64,000 nt of DNA, from positions 7,564,001 to 7,628,000 of the forward strand of contig NC_045713.1 of assembly GCF_009834535.1 (NCBI RefSeq). Direction: 5' to 3'. A program made the translations under genes and the position numbers. The notes below the pieces were generated by a model. The model ran no database searches. It was not told the DNA's origin and saw only the letters and a list, made by a program, of their open reading frames with translations. This document shows, piece by piece, positions 36,791 to 50,675 of this stretch. Position 1 is the stretch's first letter, and every line of letters starts with the position of its first letter. This DNA comes from Camelus ferus (Eukaryota).

Positions 36791-37517
36791 GCTTTTCTTT
36801 CCTGGCAGTTCAAGTTACCTTCAGCTGGATTCTTTCAAGGCTTGTTTTGAAGCTTTGTGAGGGTGCATCACCCCCAGGAAAGGTGAGATCTTGGCTTGAA
36901 AGCTGGAGCAAGTCTCGAGGCCCTCTGGGCCTGTCTGGCGCTTTTACTCGGCCTTTGTCCTCTGTGTGTCTGCTCAGCGCCTCGGGGGCTCAGGGAGGAC
37001 TCTGTCATGGCTGGTCAGGACGTGAACATCCCCAGCTGTGTGTGAGCTCTGGGGATTGTTAGCTTCTATCTTCCTGCTCCTTCTTTGCCCGGCATTCGCT
37101 CTGTCAGGAGCAAAGTCAGGAGGACCCTTATGGAGATTTCTGGAGCTTTTTCTGTGTGCGGCTTCTAGCTGTCTAGGATTCTGCTACCCAGACCCCGCTA
37201 CCTCTGCCTCCTTGAACTCAAATCTCTGTCTCCAGGTCTCAGAGAGCCTGCTGTGGTCTGTGGGATCCCCCTCCCCTGCACTGTGGTCTGGAACGTGCGC
37301 CCAGTTAGAAAGTCAGGGCAAACGCAGGCCTCACCCGACTTGTTTCCTTTTCCTCGGGGGTCATGGGTCTGCACTGACTGTTGTCCAAGGTCTGAGATCA
37401 TTTTTTTCATATCTTCTGTCTGGTTTGATAGTGTTTAACAACGAGTCTAGTAAGTTAGTCCAGTTGTAGTAACTGCATCAGGGTCAGAAGAGGAAACTCA
37501 GTAGAGTTTTAATGTGC

Positions 37518-37610
37518 TTTTTTTTTTTTAATGGAGGTGCTGGGGATTGAACCCAGGACCTCCTGTGTGCTAAGCATAGGCTTTACCACTTGAGCTATAC
37601 CCTCCCCCCC
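37518..37610 (-). mobile_element. tRNA-Ala-derived SINE (short form)
   Basis: Poly(T) followed by aatggaggtgctggggattgaacccaggacc...gagctataccctcccc. Confidence 0.9.
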
Positions 37611-37954
37611 AATGTGTTGTATCTGTATGTTGATTATTTTGTGATATTCTGATTCACCTTGAAATCTAAAGGTTTGGGATTTTAACGCCATTTGGTTTGT
37701 ACAATGGACCTTGTCAGGAAGCTCGTTCCCCGAGGATGAAGCTGCCAGAGTCCCATGTGGAACATTCTGGAATGACACTGGTAACAAACGGATGTCTCTG
37801 TTGATTCCTTCAATTGAAAAGATGAAGATCTGAATTTCCCAGTGACTCTAGGCCATAGTTCTGAGTAAAAAAAAGTACAAATGAAACATCAGAATTCTCT
37901 TAAACATTCCACTATATTTACAGTCCCTTAGTGACATTTAAAAATTCTTTTCCT

Positions 37955-39110
37955 TTTTTTTCTTCTAGTTTTATTGAGATGTAACTGCTGTACAGCACTG
38001 TGTAAGTTTAAAGTGTACGGGATAGTGATTTGACTTACATCATGAAATGGTGACCATGGTAAGTTTAGTGAACATCCATCATCTACAAAGATAGAAAGGT
38101 AAAGAAAATTTTTGATGGGTTTTCTTCCCTGTGATGAGTAACTATTTAGGATTTACTCTCCTGATGGCTTTCCTTTATAACGTACAGCACTGTTAATTCT
38201 ATTATCATATTGTACATTACATCCCTGGTAGTTATTTATCTTATCACTGGAAGTCTGTGCCTTCTGCCTGCCTCCATCCAGTTCCCCTCTTGCCACCCCA
38301 TCCCTCTGGTAACTACAAATCTGATCTCTTTTTCTGAGTTGGTTCATTTGTTTGTTTTTAAGTTATAATTGACCTACAACACTATGTTAGTTCCTGATAC
38401 ACAACATAGTGATTCAGTATTTTTATACATTTCAAAATAACCACCATGATAAGTCTAGTTTCCATCTTCACCCTACAAAGGTATTACAAAATTATTGACT
38501 GTTCCCCACACTGTACATTTCATACCCGTGACTCATTTATCTTGTAGGTGAACGTTTGTACTTCTTAATCTCCTTCACACCACATCAACAAATTGAAGAA
38601 TAAAAATCAGAATAAGATCTTCTCAACAGATGCAGAAAAAGCTTCCAACAAAACTCAACATCATTACTCTAAACATTTTGATCTTTTGAACATTCTGTAT
38701 TTACAGTATGTGTCTTTCAGATACAGTTGGGCCATTCTTCTTTATTCAGCCTGACAATCTGAGTTTCATTTCAGCCATTGTCTTTACAGTTAAGGTAATT
38801 ATTGATATGGCTGAGTACAGTCTGCCATTTTTCTGTTTACTGTTTGTCCCATCTGTTTGTTTGTTTCTCTCTCCCTCCTTCCTGCCTTCTTTTGGGTTAA
38901 ACATTTCTTAGTATGTCATTTAATTCCTCTACTTATGCCATCTCTTAACAGATGTTCTATAGGGATTACAATGTCATCTGTAATTTCTCGTAACTCCCTT
39001 TAGAGTTACGGTTGTACTTCCTGTAAAATGTAGGAATGAATGTTCCTAGTTTACCCTCCCTCCCACCTACATCCTGCGAAGTTCAGTATTAGTTCCTGCA
39101 CACAACTGAA
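37955..39110 (-). mobile_element. L1 3' end and older L1M fragments
   Basis: ttttattgagatgtaact...catacccgtgactcatttat, then degenerate L1M sequence including a short plus-strand RT piece near 38580-38660. Confidence 0.65.
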
Positions 39111-39544
39111 GTTTACCTCTTTGAAAGTCCCTTACAGTCACTTCTTCAGTCCTGATTTCTGGTCTTTAGGTCCTTCTCTAAGACTTTTTCTTATGGTTAA
39201 TATTTGCCACCACTGGGCCACGGGTGGCAAGCATTATATATGATCCAGGTAGTCAGAAGTGGCTGAGAAAGCTGTAACTGGGCTTAAAGGAGTGCACTTA
39301 GCAAGGGTCAGGGCCAGAGCAGACGTCAGTATCGAGCAGTTTGGTTCACATGAAGTCAGAGAAAACAAGGTCCAAGCAAAGGGATCCAAAATCAGGTGGA
39401 AAAGATGATGTTATATAATTAGTAAGAGAAAAGAAAAGGTGGAAGCAAGAACACAAAGAGCTCTCGTGAGCTAACGTGGACTGTTTTCCCCTCAGCTGCC
39501 TGTGATCCTGTCTCACTGAGTTGATCCTTGTGCAGAAAGAGTCT

Positions 39545-39712
39545 AAATCAGTGGCATTTAATCTTGGCTGCACACTGGAATTGCCAGAGAAGTTTTAAAA
39601 TTCCTGATGCCCAGACTACACCCCAGTCCAACTTAATCAGAATCTCTAAGGCTGGGATGCAGGCATTTGTTTAAAGTTTCCCAGATGATTTCAGTGTGCA
39701 TACAAGGTAAAT
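39545..39712. mobile_element. MER5-type hAT-Charlie MITE
   Basis: cttggctgcacactggaat...aatcagaatctct...aaagtttcccagatgatttc. Confidence 0.7.
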
Positions 39713-40228
39713 CACTATTGGTTTAAATGTTTGCAAATGTGCAAGTGAACAGGTGGCGTGTAGGGACAGAGGAAAGGAGGCTTCTGGGCTTGGATTTTTC
39801 TCTCTCTTTTCGCCTCTAGAAACTTCCTGGTGATTTTCCTTCTTGGGATCCTGATCCTCCCCACTTTGACTTCAGGTTGAAAACTGCTGTTTAGAGAGCC
39901 CTCAGCCTCAAGCAATGTTCAGTCTGCTCCTCCGATTAACTTTTCTACTGATATTAGACGCTCAGCTCCTTACTCTGTTTCTCCAGCTAAACTAGACTTT
40001 CTCCTCCGGGCTTCCCTGGAAATTCTCTTCTCTGCTTCAGCCATATGATTTGTAACTGAGACATCCATGGACCTCCTGCCCCCTTCCAGACCTAATAACA
40101 CTTCAAGGAAGAGAGCCAGTTTCTGGGAGGCACAGCCACACACGTTTTTGTGACCCGCCCTGTGATACTTAGAGCAGGTCTATACAATCAGGAGAAGATA
40201 CACAATTACCTCATGAGTTTGCTGCGTC

Positions 40229-41457
<1,229 letters not shown>

Positions 41458-41884
41458 CTAAGAGAAAGAAAACTGCTGAGGTGGCAAGAAGCTAGAAAGA
41501 ATTAAAATGATGCCCATTAAAAATGCTTACTGGAATGTTCTCAGAAAGACCTTCATGGCAATAGCAGACAACAAAGTTTCAGTGAATAACAGAGATGAGA
41601 GAACGACTAATATGAGGGACAATAAGACGTCAGACAGTGAGGACGCTCTACCTGAGAGAATGGAAGACTGAACAGAATAACCATGGAAGAGGATAAGCAG
41701 ACGGGATGAGAACAAATGTTAAAATAAAATAACGGAGGGAGCAGGAAGGAGAGTGATGAAAACACGGGTTGAGATTGGGCGGTACTGAAAAAGTATTAGA
41801 CAAAAAAATTACTTATTAAAAAAAGAAGAAAACAAAAAAAATCACTTACAATAATACCACCTGGAGACAGCCACTTTTGACTTG

Positions 41885-42013
41885 TTTCTTTGTTTTAGTT
41901 TTTGTTTGGGAGGGGTGATAATTTGTTTTTTTTTTAAATAGAGGTACTGGGGATTGAACCCAGGACCTCATGCATGCTAAGCACGTGCTCTACCACTGAG
42001 CTACACCCTCCCC
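41885..42013 (-). mobile_element. tRNA-Ala-derived SINE (Vic-1-like)
   Basis: gaggtactggggattgaacccaggacctcatgcatgctaagcacgtgctctaccactgagcta. Confidence 0.9.
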
Positions 42014-42364
42014 GCTACTTTTGACTTTTTAAATAGTTCTCTAGTCCTTCTTTAAAGGCACAGATTTTTTGTTTGTTTAGCATAGGCTTTAAGATTTTGT
42101 GTCTCCACTAACCACTGACCTCTCCCTCCTTCCCTCCCTTTCTTCATTTTTCCTTTCTTCTTTCCCTTCCTTCTTTCTTTCCTTCTTTCCTCACCATAAG
42201 GTAAGTTCTCTGAGGACAGGAAGCACACCTCTTTTGCTCACTGATATTTCTTAGGGCCTCTGACAGTGTTGTAGAGAGCAAGTACATGCTTAAATATATG
42301 CTGTATGAACCCAACTGAACACAAATAATACAGCAATGAGGCAAATCTAGAGGGCGCTAGCCAT

Positions 42365-42496
42365 TCTTTTTTGTTTGTTTCTTTTGGGGGGGGCGGTTAG
42401 GTTTGTTTATTTGTTTTTAATGGAGGTACTGGGGATTGAACCCAAGACCTTGTGCATGCTAAGCATGCGCTCTGCCACTAAGCTATATCCTGCCCC
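42365..42496 (-). mobile_element. tRNA-Ala-derived SINE (Vic-1-like)
   Basis: Same family. Approximate TSD tagccattctt / tagcctttctt. Confidence 0.9.
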
Positions 42497-42984
42497 ACTG
42501 TGATAGCCTTTCTTAATATCCTTTTATCCCATTATAGAAACATAACTGATGTTTCAGTAAAACATATTTTTAATGCTGCCATAATTTTCACAAGTTGATA
42601 ATATCACAGTACATAAAGTTTAACATATGCTTTGAACTATAATATTAGACACTTACGCAGTGTTTATTATCTGTAAGCTACCAGTCTACTACTTAGTACA
42701 TATCTAAACCTAACAAAACCTCAAAAAGATTTTCTAGCTGAACGTCAGAAACCAGCCACAACAAAGAAACCAAGTTCTATGGATTATACCCCCCAAATCT
42801 CTCTCAAATACATCCTGTATTCTTCCTCCCTGTTACTTACCACACCAGTTCAGCCACCATCACCTTTCACCTAAACTAATGCAACAGCCTCACAAGGGGT
42901 CTGCTTGCATCCTCTCTCCAAGCACCCCTTCCCAGCCCCACTCAAATCAGATTGTATAAAACCATATTCAGAGTAACCAACAGA

Positions 42985-45690
42985 GCCAGATTCAATGATA
43001 CCCGGATATTGGACCCAGGAGGGGATTTAAAATAACTATGATTAATATGTAAAAGGCTCTAGTGGAAAAGGTGCACAATACACATTAATGCTTGGGGAAT
43101 CTTAGCAGAGAGATGGAAACTATAAGAGAAAGTCAAATGGAAATTCTAGAAAGGAAAAAATATAGTAATGGAGATGAAGAATTTCTTTGATGGGCACATC
43201 CATAGAGTCAACAAAGCTAAGAAAAGAATCAGTAAACGTGCAAATAGGTCAACAGAAATTATCCAAACTAAAACACAAAGAGGGAAAAAGACTGAAAAAC
43301 TAACAAAGCAGAAGAGAGCAGCTAAGAGCTGTAGGACAGTATCAAAGGCTTAAATGCACACGGAACTGCAACCTTGGAAGGAGCAGAGATGGAGTGGGCA
43401 GAAACAGTGCCTGATGTGTCAATGGCTGAAAACAACTAACAGAGGACATCAAACCAAAGATCCAGGGAAGCTCAGAACCCCAAGTAGAATGAAACACACT
43501 CACACACCTAGACACATCATATTCAAACTGTAGAAAATCAAAGATTCAGGCAAAAATCCTAAAGGTAGCCATAGGAAAAAGACACATTTCATATGGAAGA
43601 ACAAAGATCAAAATGATAGCAAACTTTTTGTCACAAATTATAAGCCAGAGACAATGAAGTGACAGTTAAGGTGCTGAAAGAAAAAAAAAACTGTGAATGA
43701 AAATAAATATAAAAGTCTTTTTTTTTTTCATTTTTTAAATTGCTCTGAAAGATAACTGTCTTAAACAAAAATAGTAGCAATGTATTGTGGTCTTACAGCA
43801 TATGTAAAGGTCAAATGCATGACAATTACACAAAAGATGGGAGGGACAAATTAGAAGTTTACTGAAGTAAGGTTTCTCATACTATACATGGAGTTTTATA
43901 ATATTCTTTAAAGGTATATTATTATTAATTAAAGAAGGATATTGGGAACTCTAGTATAACCACTAAAAAACTTTTAAAATAAGATTTAATGCTAAGTTAA
44001 TAGTGGAGATAAAATGGAATAATAAAAAATAATCAAAAGACAGGCAGAAAAAGATAAAAATGAACAAAGAAAAGTTGGAGCAAAAACAGAACAACTAGCT
44101 GCATAGAGGATTTAAATACATCCATAACAATAATTACTTTAAATGGTCTATACACACCAACTGAAAAATCACACAGATTGTCAGAATGGATTTAAAAACC
44201 AGACCCAATTATATGCTGCCTACAAAAAACTCACTCTGAATAGTTTAAACAAAAAGAATGGGAACATATACTATGTAAACAAAAATTAAAAGGAAGCTAG
44301 AAGAAACAACAACAACAAAAAAGGAAGTTAGAGTGGTCATATTAATGTAAGACAAAATAAACTTCCAAATAAGGAATATTACCAAGGTCAAAGAGGGACA
44401 CTGCATAATGATAAAGGGGTCAATTCACCAAGAAGACGTAACAATTCTTAATGAGAATATACCTAACAAGAGTTTCAGAATACATCAAGAAAAACTGATG
44501 GAACTAAAAGGATAAGTAGAAAAGCCCACAATTATAGTTGCAGAATGCAACACTCCACAGTTAGTAATCAGTAGAGGCCAACAGGCAGGAAATCAGTAAA
44601 GACAGAGAAAACCTACAATACTGTCAAGCAACCTGACCTACTTAACATTTATTTCCAAGTGTGTATGGAACATTATGCACTTATAAATAACACAACAAAG
44701 CTCAAACATTTTAAATAACTAAAATCATACAAAGTATCTCTGACCACAACAGAATCAAACTACAAAATCGAAAACAGAAATTTGTGTAAATAACCAAGAG
44801 TCAGAGGAGACAAGTGAAAATAGAAATTATTTTGAATTGAATGAAAATGAAAATACCATGTATCAAAATTGTGGAATGCAGCTAAAGCAGAAGGAAATTT
44901 ACGGCATTAAATGTTCATAGTAGAGAAGAAAGATCATATACCAGTGATCCCCTTGGGAAACTAAAAAAAAGGAGAGCAAATTAAACAAAGCAGAGGAGAA
45001 AAATAATAACGGTAAGAGCATCAGTGCATAACGCGGCAAACAGAAAACAGCAGAATCGATGAAATCAAAAGCTGGTTCTTTGAAAAGATCACCAAAAATG
45101 TTAAACTCCTAGGAAGACCAACAAAATTAAAACAGAAGATACGGATTACCAGTTGCAGAAATGAAAGGCAGGAAACTACTACCAGAGCTCGTTCAAGAAG
45201 AAATAGATCATTTGAATAGTCCTATAACTACCAAGGGACCTGGATCGAAGGTTGAAAACCTTCCAAAAAAGCAAACTCAAGACCCAGATGGCTTTACTGG
45301 ATTGAGCTTTTGGTGTCATAGCTAATAAAATTTTGCCTTATAAAAGGTCATAAAGACTGCCTCTAATGTTTCTTCTAGAAGTTTTATAGTTTTAGTTTTT
45401 ATACTTAGATCTGTGATCCATTTGAGTTACTTAGTATATATGGTGGGAAGTATAGATTTAAGTTCATTTTTTTTGTATATGGATGTCCAACTTTTTCAGC
45501 ATCATCTATTGAACGTTTTCAGCATCATCCTTTTAACGTTGAATTGCTTTTTCATCTTTGTCAGAAATTAATTGACCATACATGTGTGGGTCAATTTCTG
45601 GACTGTCTGCTCTGTCCTACTGATTTACATCTGTCCTTTCACCAATACCACACTGTTTTAATTAGTATAGCTTTCTAAGTCTTAAAACCA
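42985..45690 (+). mobile_element. Old L1M (ORF1, inter-ORF and ORF2 endonuclease remnants), with a minus-strand ORF2 piece at ~45300-45690
   Basis: cttagcagagagatggaaactata (ORF1), cccaattatatgctgcctacaa and ataatgataaaggggtcaattcaccaagaagac (endonuclease), then inverted tcttctagaagttttatagtttta. Confidence 0.75.
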
Positions 45691-45898
45691 ATATAATAAT
45701 GGAGCTGTCCTTTTTCAGTCCCATATATGGCAAACGTTTACTTGCCAAAAGAGAACAGAAGCCCAACTTTGAGCACAAAATGATCATGAATCCCCTAGGG
45801 GATAAGAGGTCTCTGCGTCTTAAGCAAAAGTATGGCATTTTAGATGCCATTAGCTTATGTCCCAGTAAGCAGTATGCATTGAAAAATAACTTCCTTAC

Positions 45899-46025
45899 CC
45901 CAAAATACCAGGCTCCCACAATTCTCCACCTTCATATCCATGCCCACGAATCTTTGGGCAGAATTCAGCTGTTCCTCCTCCACATGGGTGAAGTCCATTT
46001 CCTCATCCTTGACTGTCACCAGTTC
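45899..46025 (-). CDS. Divergent KRAB-A exon of the unassigned KRAB-ZNF, 127 bp
   Basis: ttcttccag|GAA ... TGG G|GTAAGG. Reads ELVTVKDEEMDFTHVEEEQLNSAQRFVGMDMKVENCGSLVFW. Phases join in frame to both neighbouring exons. Confidence 0.85.
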
Positions 46026-46325
46026 CTGGAAGAACAGCACATTCTTATAGGACTTGGTAATCCCTGAGGGAAGAGAACAATCTAGAACAGGAAGAGTTTT
46101 TTAATCTGAAGGTTAAACCTTTATTTTAACTATTTTAATGGAATATTCTAAATTTTCTAAGTATTAATCTATGTTAGGGAAAATAATAATAACTAACAAT
46201 TACAATGTTTTCTATGTACTAAGTCCTTTGAACTACCTCTTGTAATAATAATGATGTTAGGTAAGTACTATTATTAACATTGTTTACAGATGTGAGGATC
46301 AGATCTGAGATTTGGACACAGGCAG

Positions 46326-46882
46326 TCTTTTTTTTTATAAACATTTCTTTTATTGAGTTATACTCATTTTACAATGTTGTGTCAAATTCCAGTGTAGAGC
46401 ACAATTTTTCAGTTATACATGAACATATATATATTGTTACTTTTTTTTTTCACTGTGAGCTACCCCAAGATCTTGTATATATTTCCCTGTGCCATACAGT
46501 ATAATCTTGTTTATCTGTTATGCATTTTGAACTCCCAGTCTGTCCCTTCCCACCCCCCACCCCCTTAGCAACCACAAGTTTGTATTCTATGTCTATGAGT
46601 CTGTTTCTGTTTTGTATTTGTTTTGGTTTTTTTTTTTAGATTCCACATATGAGGGATCTCATATGGTATTTTTCTTTCTCTTTCTGGCTTACTTCACTTA
46701 GAATGACATTCTCCAAGGACATCCATGTTGCTGCAAATGGTGTTATGTTGTTTTTATGGCTGAATAGTATTCCATTGTATAAATATACCACATCTTTTTT
46801 ATCCAGTCATCTGTCAATGGACATTTAGGCTGTTTCCATGTCCTGGCTATTGTAAATAGTGCTGCAGGTGAACAGTGGGGTG
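46326..46882 (-). mobile_element. Relatively young 5'-truncated L1 3' end
   Basis: Poly(T), then ttttattgagttatactc...tctttctctttctggcttacttcacttagaatgac...gctattgtaaatagtgctgc. Confidence 0.9.
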
Positions 46883-47549
46883 CAGGTGTCTTCAAAGCTA
46901 TACTCTTAATTATACTCTTCTCTTACATATTTTACTAAGTAAACCTAATATAAATGAACCATTGAATGACAATGAAATGTTAATTACTGATTATGCTGTA
47001 GATGGGATAAAGCTCAGAAATGTAATTTATACCGATTTCTGGAATATTCTGAGATTTTATAGAAATTCAGCTTGATATCCTAAATGTATATAGACGGTCA
47101 TGCTGTTCTAACAGAGGCTGCTTCTTTCTCAGTACTTTTCTTCTTTCTCGGTGCTTTGGGCCATGACTCAGATTTATTTAGTTATCCTCTTGTAATTAAA
47201 GTTGTTTTGAATGAGTGGATTTGCTGATTTGAAACTGAAAATGGCCACCTGTTCTAAGACTCCTACTCTGTTACATTGACAGCCATGTGAGTGTACTTTG
47301 TTGACCATAATTAATTGGAAAATGCTTTGTGGGAAAGCCAGTCAACAGAACAGAGTGGTTAGAGGCATAAGATTTAGAATCAGACATACCTGGGATCTGA
47401 TTAGGGTTCAAACCCTTTTATGATTCTGAGCAGGTTACCGGGAGCCTCAGTTTACTGTGAAATAGGCATCACCCCTAACTCACAGGAGTATTTGTTTAAA
47501 ATCAGTAAAGTAATGTTTGAAAAGTGGTTCTAAATGTTGGAGTTCCCCA

Positions 47550-48190
47550 GCACTCAATCTAGACATCTTCTCTTTCACCTACTCTTACATACCTATAAAC
47601 AATCCCTTACTTCTCCCATCTTAAAAAGAAAACAAAAATCCAAAAAACCCTCTTTGGTCTTAATACTCCTTCCAGCTATCATCCGACTCCTCTCCTTTTC
47701 TTTAGAGTAAAACTCTCCAAACTAGTTGTCTGTAGCCTCTGGGGCCAATTTTTCTCCTCCCATTTTCTTCTGAGCCCGTTCCAGTTAGGCTCTCACTCCT
47801 GTCACTCCATGAAATTGTTCTTGGCAGTCGCCAATGGTCTTCCTATTGCCAAATCCAACAGTCAGTGCTCACGTATCGTCTCACTTGACTCAGCAGCTGC
47901 TTTTAACAAAGCTGATGACTCCCTTCTCCTTAGAACACTTTCCTCAATTGGTTACCAGGATGCCACACTTTGAACTTCCCCCGCCTCACTGGCCACATCT
48001 TCTCAGTCTCCTTTGCTGGTTCCTCTTCAGCTTCCTGACCTTGAAGTGTTGGAAGCTACAGGGCTCAGTAATAAGATCCCATCTCTTTTCTGTCTACACT
48101 TATTCCCTTAGTGATCACAGTTTCATACTTTAAAGTACCATTCACACCGATTACTCCCAAATTTAAAGCTCCTGCCTGAGCTCTCCCTAG
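47550..48190 (+). mobile_element. L2 LINE fragment
   Basis: ctattgccaaatccaaca...tcacttgactcagcagc...gctgatgactcccttctccttagaacac. Confidence 0.65.
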
Positions 48191-48340
48191 AGCTTCAAGT
48201 GGTCAGGGAAAAATTACTTTGGTTCAGTTCTCCGGATGGGATTTCCATGAACCTCTGAAGCAAGATGAAAGAAATAAATTAGAACACTCTATGAACACCA
48301 AGCTGAAATTTCAGGGGAGGGAAATTAAACTCAGACTCAC

Positions 48341-48427
48341 TTGGAATTCAACAGGAAGGAGCTCTACGGTAGGACTCATTTCTTCTGTGCTCTGTTCTTG
48401 GGGCAGAGAAGCATCCTTAGTAGTCAT
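48341..48427 (-). CDS. Probable start-codon exon of the unassigned KRAB-ZNF (29 codons)
   Basis: Strong acceptor ttttttcctactccttccag|CC ATG. Reads MTTKDASLPQEQSTEEMSPTVELLPVEFQ|GTGAGT, a typical pre-KRAB exon ending in phase 0. Confidence 0.72.
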
Positions 48428-49779
48428 GGCTGGAAGGAGTAGGAAAAAAGCCATGAGGGAGGTAAATACTATCTTCCCACTTCCAAATCCAGTAGGACAA
48501 AAGCTATCACAAGACAGGTGAATTATATACATAATCCCTACTCTACTCAACTCCAAAAGCTCTAATGAGGAGAAAGACAATAACAACATGAAAGTGCTTT
48601 GACCAAGTTAAACTCAAGGACCCATAATATGTCAACCTTTTGCAACAGTCTAACAGGGCTGAAAAAGTGTGACCTGCTCTTTTTTACAAAAGCAAGCACT
48701 ATGGAATATCCTCCCTTCCATGGCTTCAGAGGGAATGTGGATGAGCACTGAAGTGCTGAAAGAGGAAGATGGGACAGGGAGATGTATTACAAGGATTCTA
48801 CTTAGTGATTTCCAAGCATGGTCATTGCCTGCGTTTCTCTACTTTGGGGCCTTCTCCTGATGTGTGTCTGCTGCACTGTTCCTATCATGCAAGGTCACCT
48901 AACCTTTTCATTCCCATCAAGGGTATTTCCTCCACTTGTCCCCACTTTCAATTCCATGTTTATTTCTGTAATTGTTACCTTTTTCCTCAAGTTCAGTGGT
49001 CCATAATCAGCTTCTCTTCCTTGTCCTGTTATTGCTGACTTCCTCTGTACTCACTGTTTCCGATGAAATAAACATGGGCTTCTCAGCAATACCTAATCTG
49101 CTTCTTTCTGTAAATCATTCAACTCTACTCTGAAGCCCTGGAGAGAGATGTGGGGGTTAGGTTTGCCACCACCAGCCCCCCACTCTGGAATTGATTCCCA
49201 CTCCCTGGGGCACCTCCCTCTCCCTCTTCTCCTAGGAAAAGTTAAGTCCTAGGGCCTCAGAAGTCATTTTACTTTGCTTGGATCCTTCATTAGTCTAGAT
49301 TAACCTCCGCAGCTGGAAGGGCATCCTTTGGAGTACTCAGATCAGTCATTATATTCCACACCAGGGCAAAAATAGAGAATCAGGACAGTGAACTGTGAGC
49401 CTCAGTCACACACCTGGTTCCAGACGGTCCAGACACTCTCATGAGACCCTAAAGCACAGAAGTGGCCATTAGCTAGCCTGTGATTATTGCTGCAGTAACT
49501 AAAAGCAGGGCTCCCACAGTTGCTTCATCCTTGTGATTCATAAACACACTGAAACTGATAAATGGGGCCGTACATCCGATTCCTCACTCGCTCCATAAGA
49601 CTCTGAAAATATACAGGCTGGGATTCCCTTCCACGCTCAGAGTCGAACCCTTTACCCAGGCCCTCTAAAACTCTGACAGAGCAAAACACAGAGGGGACAT
49701 GAGTAGGACACGGACCCCATTTTTTTCTTTCTGTCCCCAGAGTTCAGAACTTCAAGGCTCTCAGTGCAGTGACAAAACC

Positions 49780-50480
49780 TAAAGCCACCACCAGCAGGAG
49801 ACGCTCGCGTTCTCCGCTCCTCGGAAGCCTGGCTCTGCGACCTCCTCATTCCTCTTCCCAGAATCCCCCGATCTGCCACGCCCCGTTTAGTGCCCGCGGA
49901 CTCCATTTCCCAGAGTGCTTAGCGGCAACCTCGCTGCTGGGACGCTCCTCGGCTGAGAACAAAGCTCACAAAGCCGGCTCGCTACCCAGCCGAAAACACC
50001 TCAGAGGAGTGTGCGGAGCGCCCGGGGCTGTGGGACGTAGGCCGGGTCCAGCGCGGCCCAGCCCTTCCCCGCCCAGGCCGACCCGACAGCCCCGCCTTCG
50101 CTGCGGTGGGAGGCGCGGGAGCCGCGCGCCCGACGTGCGGGTCCCCGAGACCGGCGCCTCGGGCCCGGCTTTCTCTTACCCCGGACGCCCTGCGGACCCG
50201 GCTCCGGGCCTGGGGCTGGTTCCCCGCCGGGCTGCGCTCTGGGAGGGGCGGGAGAGGCGGACGCAGTCGCCGTCCGGACCCTCGGAGCTGCGGGGAGACA
50301 AAAGGCTCGAGCCCGAGGCTCCGTCTGGAGTTGCATCTGCGCACTTGGAGGCGACCGCGCCGGGTCGGGGGTCCCGGTGGAAGGACTCCACTTCCCAGAG
50401 GGCTCGGGGACACCGATGCCTGTCCCGGTGGGCGTCTGCAGCGCGAGGGCAGAGAACTGCGGGCCGTCACTGTCGGCTTT
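49780..50480 (-). promoter_or_regulatory. CpG island promoter and first exon of the unassigned KRAB-ZNF
   Basis: CpG-dense. Minus-strand donor GGG|GTAAGA at 50180. SBS-like ACTCCACTTCCCAGAG at 50385-50400. Confidence 0.72.
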
Positions 50481-50540
50481 AAAATGGAGACAATTCCCCA
50501 TCGGACAGGTCTCTTCTGAATAAAATGAGAAGCTGTCAGC

Positions 50541-50675
50541 GGGGGACGGTATAAGCTCAGTGGTAGAGCGCGTGCTTAGTATCAGCGAGGTCCTGGGTTC
50601 AATCCCCAGTACCTCCATTTAATAAATAAACCTATCCCCCCTCCCGCCAAGGAAAACAACAACAACAACAAAAAG
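50541..50675 (+). mobile_element. tRNA-Ala-derived SINE (Vic-1-like)
   Basis: gctcagtggtagagcgcgtgcttag...gaggtcctgggttcaatccccagtacctcc with a (aac)n tail. Confidence 0.9.

Noticed and set aside
45700-45795. Possible KRAB-B exon (GFMIILCSKLG)
   Set aside because: The phase-correct reading hits TGA at once, and there is no KP..I..LE.G..PW motif.
49640-49650. Isolated B-box GGGTTCGACTC on the minus strand
   Set aside because: No A-box or cloverleaf nearby. A single short motif cannot be supported.
49769-50618. Several 130-240 aa ORFs on both strands
   Set aside because: CpG-island shadow ORFs, one running into a SINE. No recognisable protein features.
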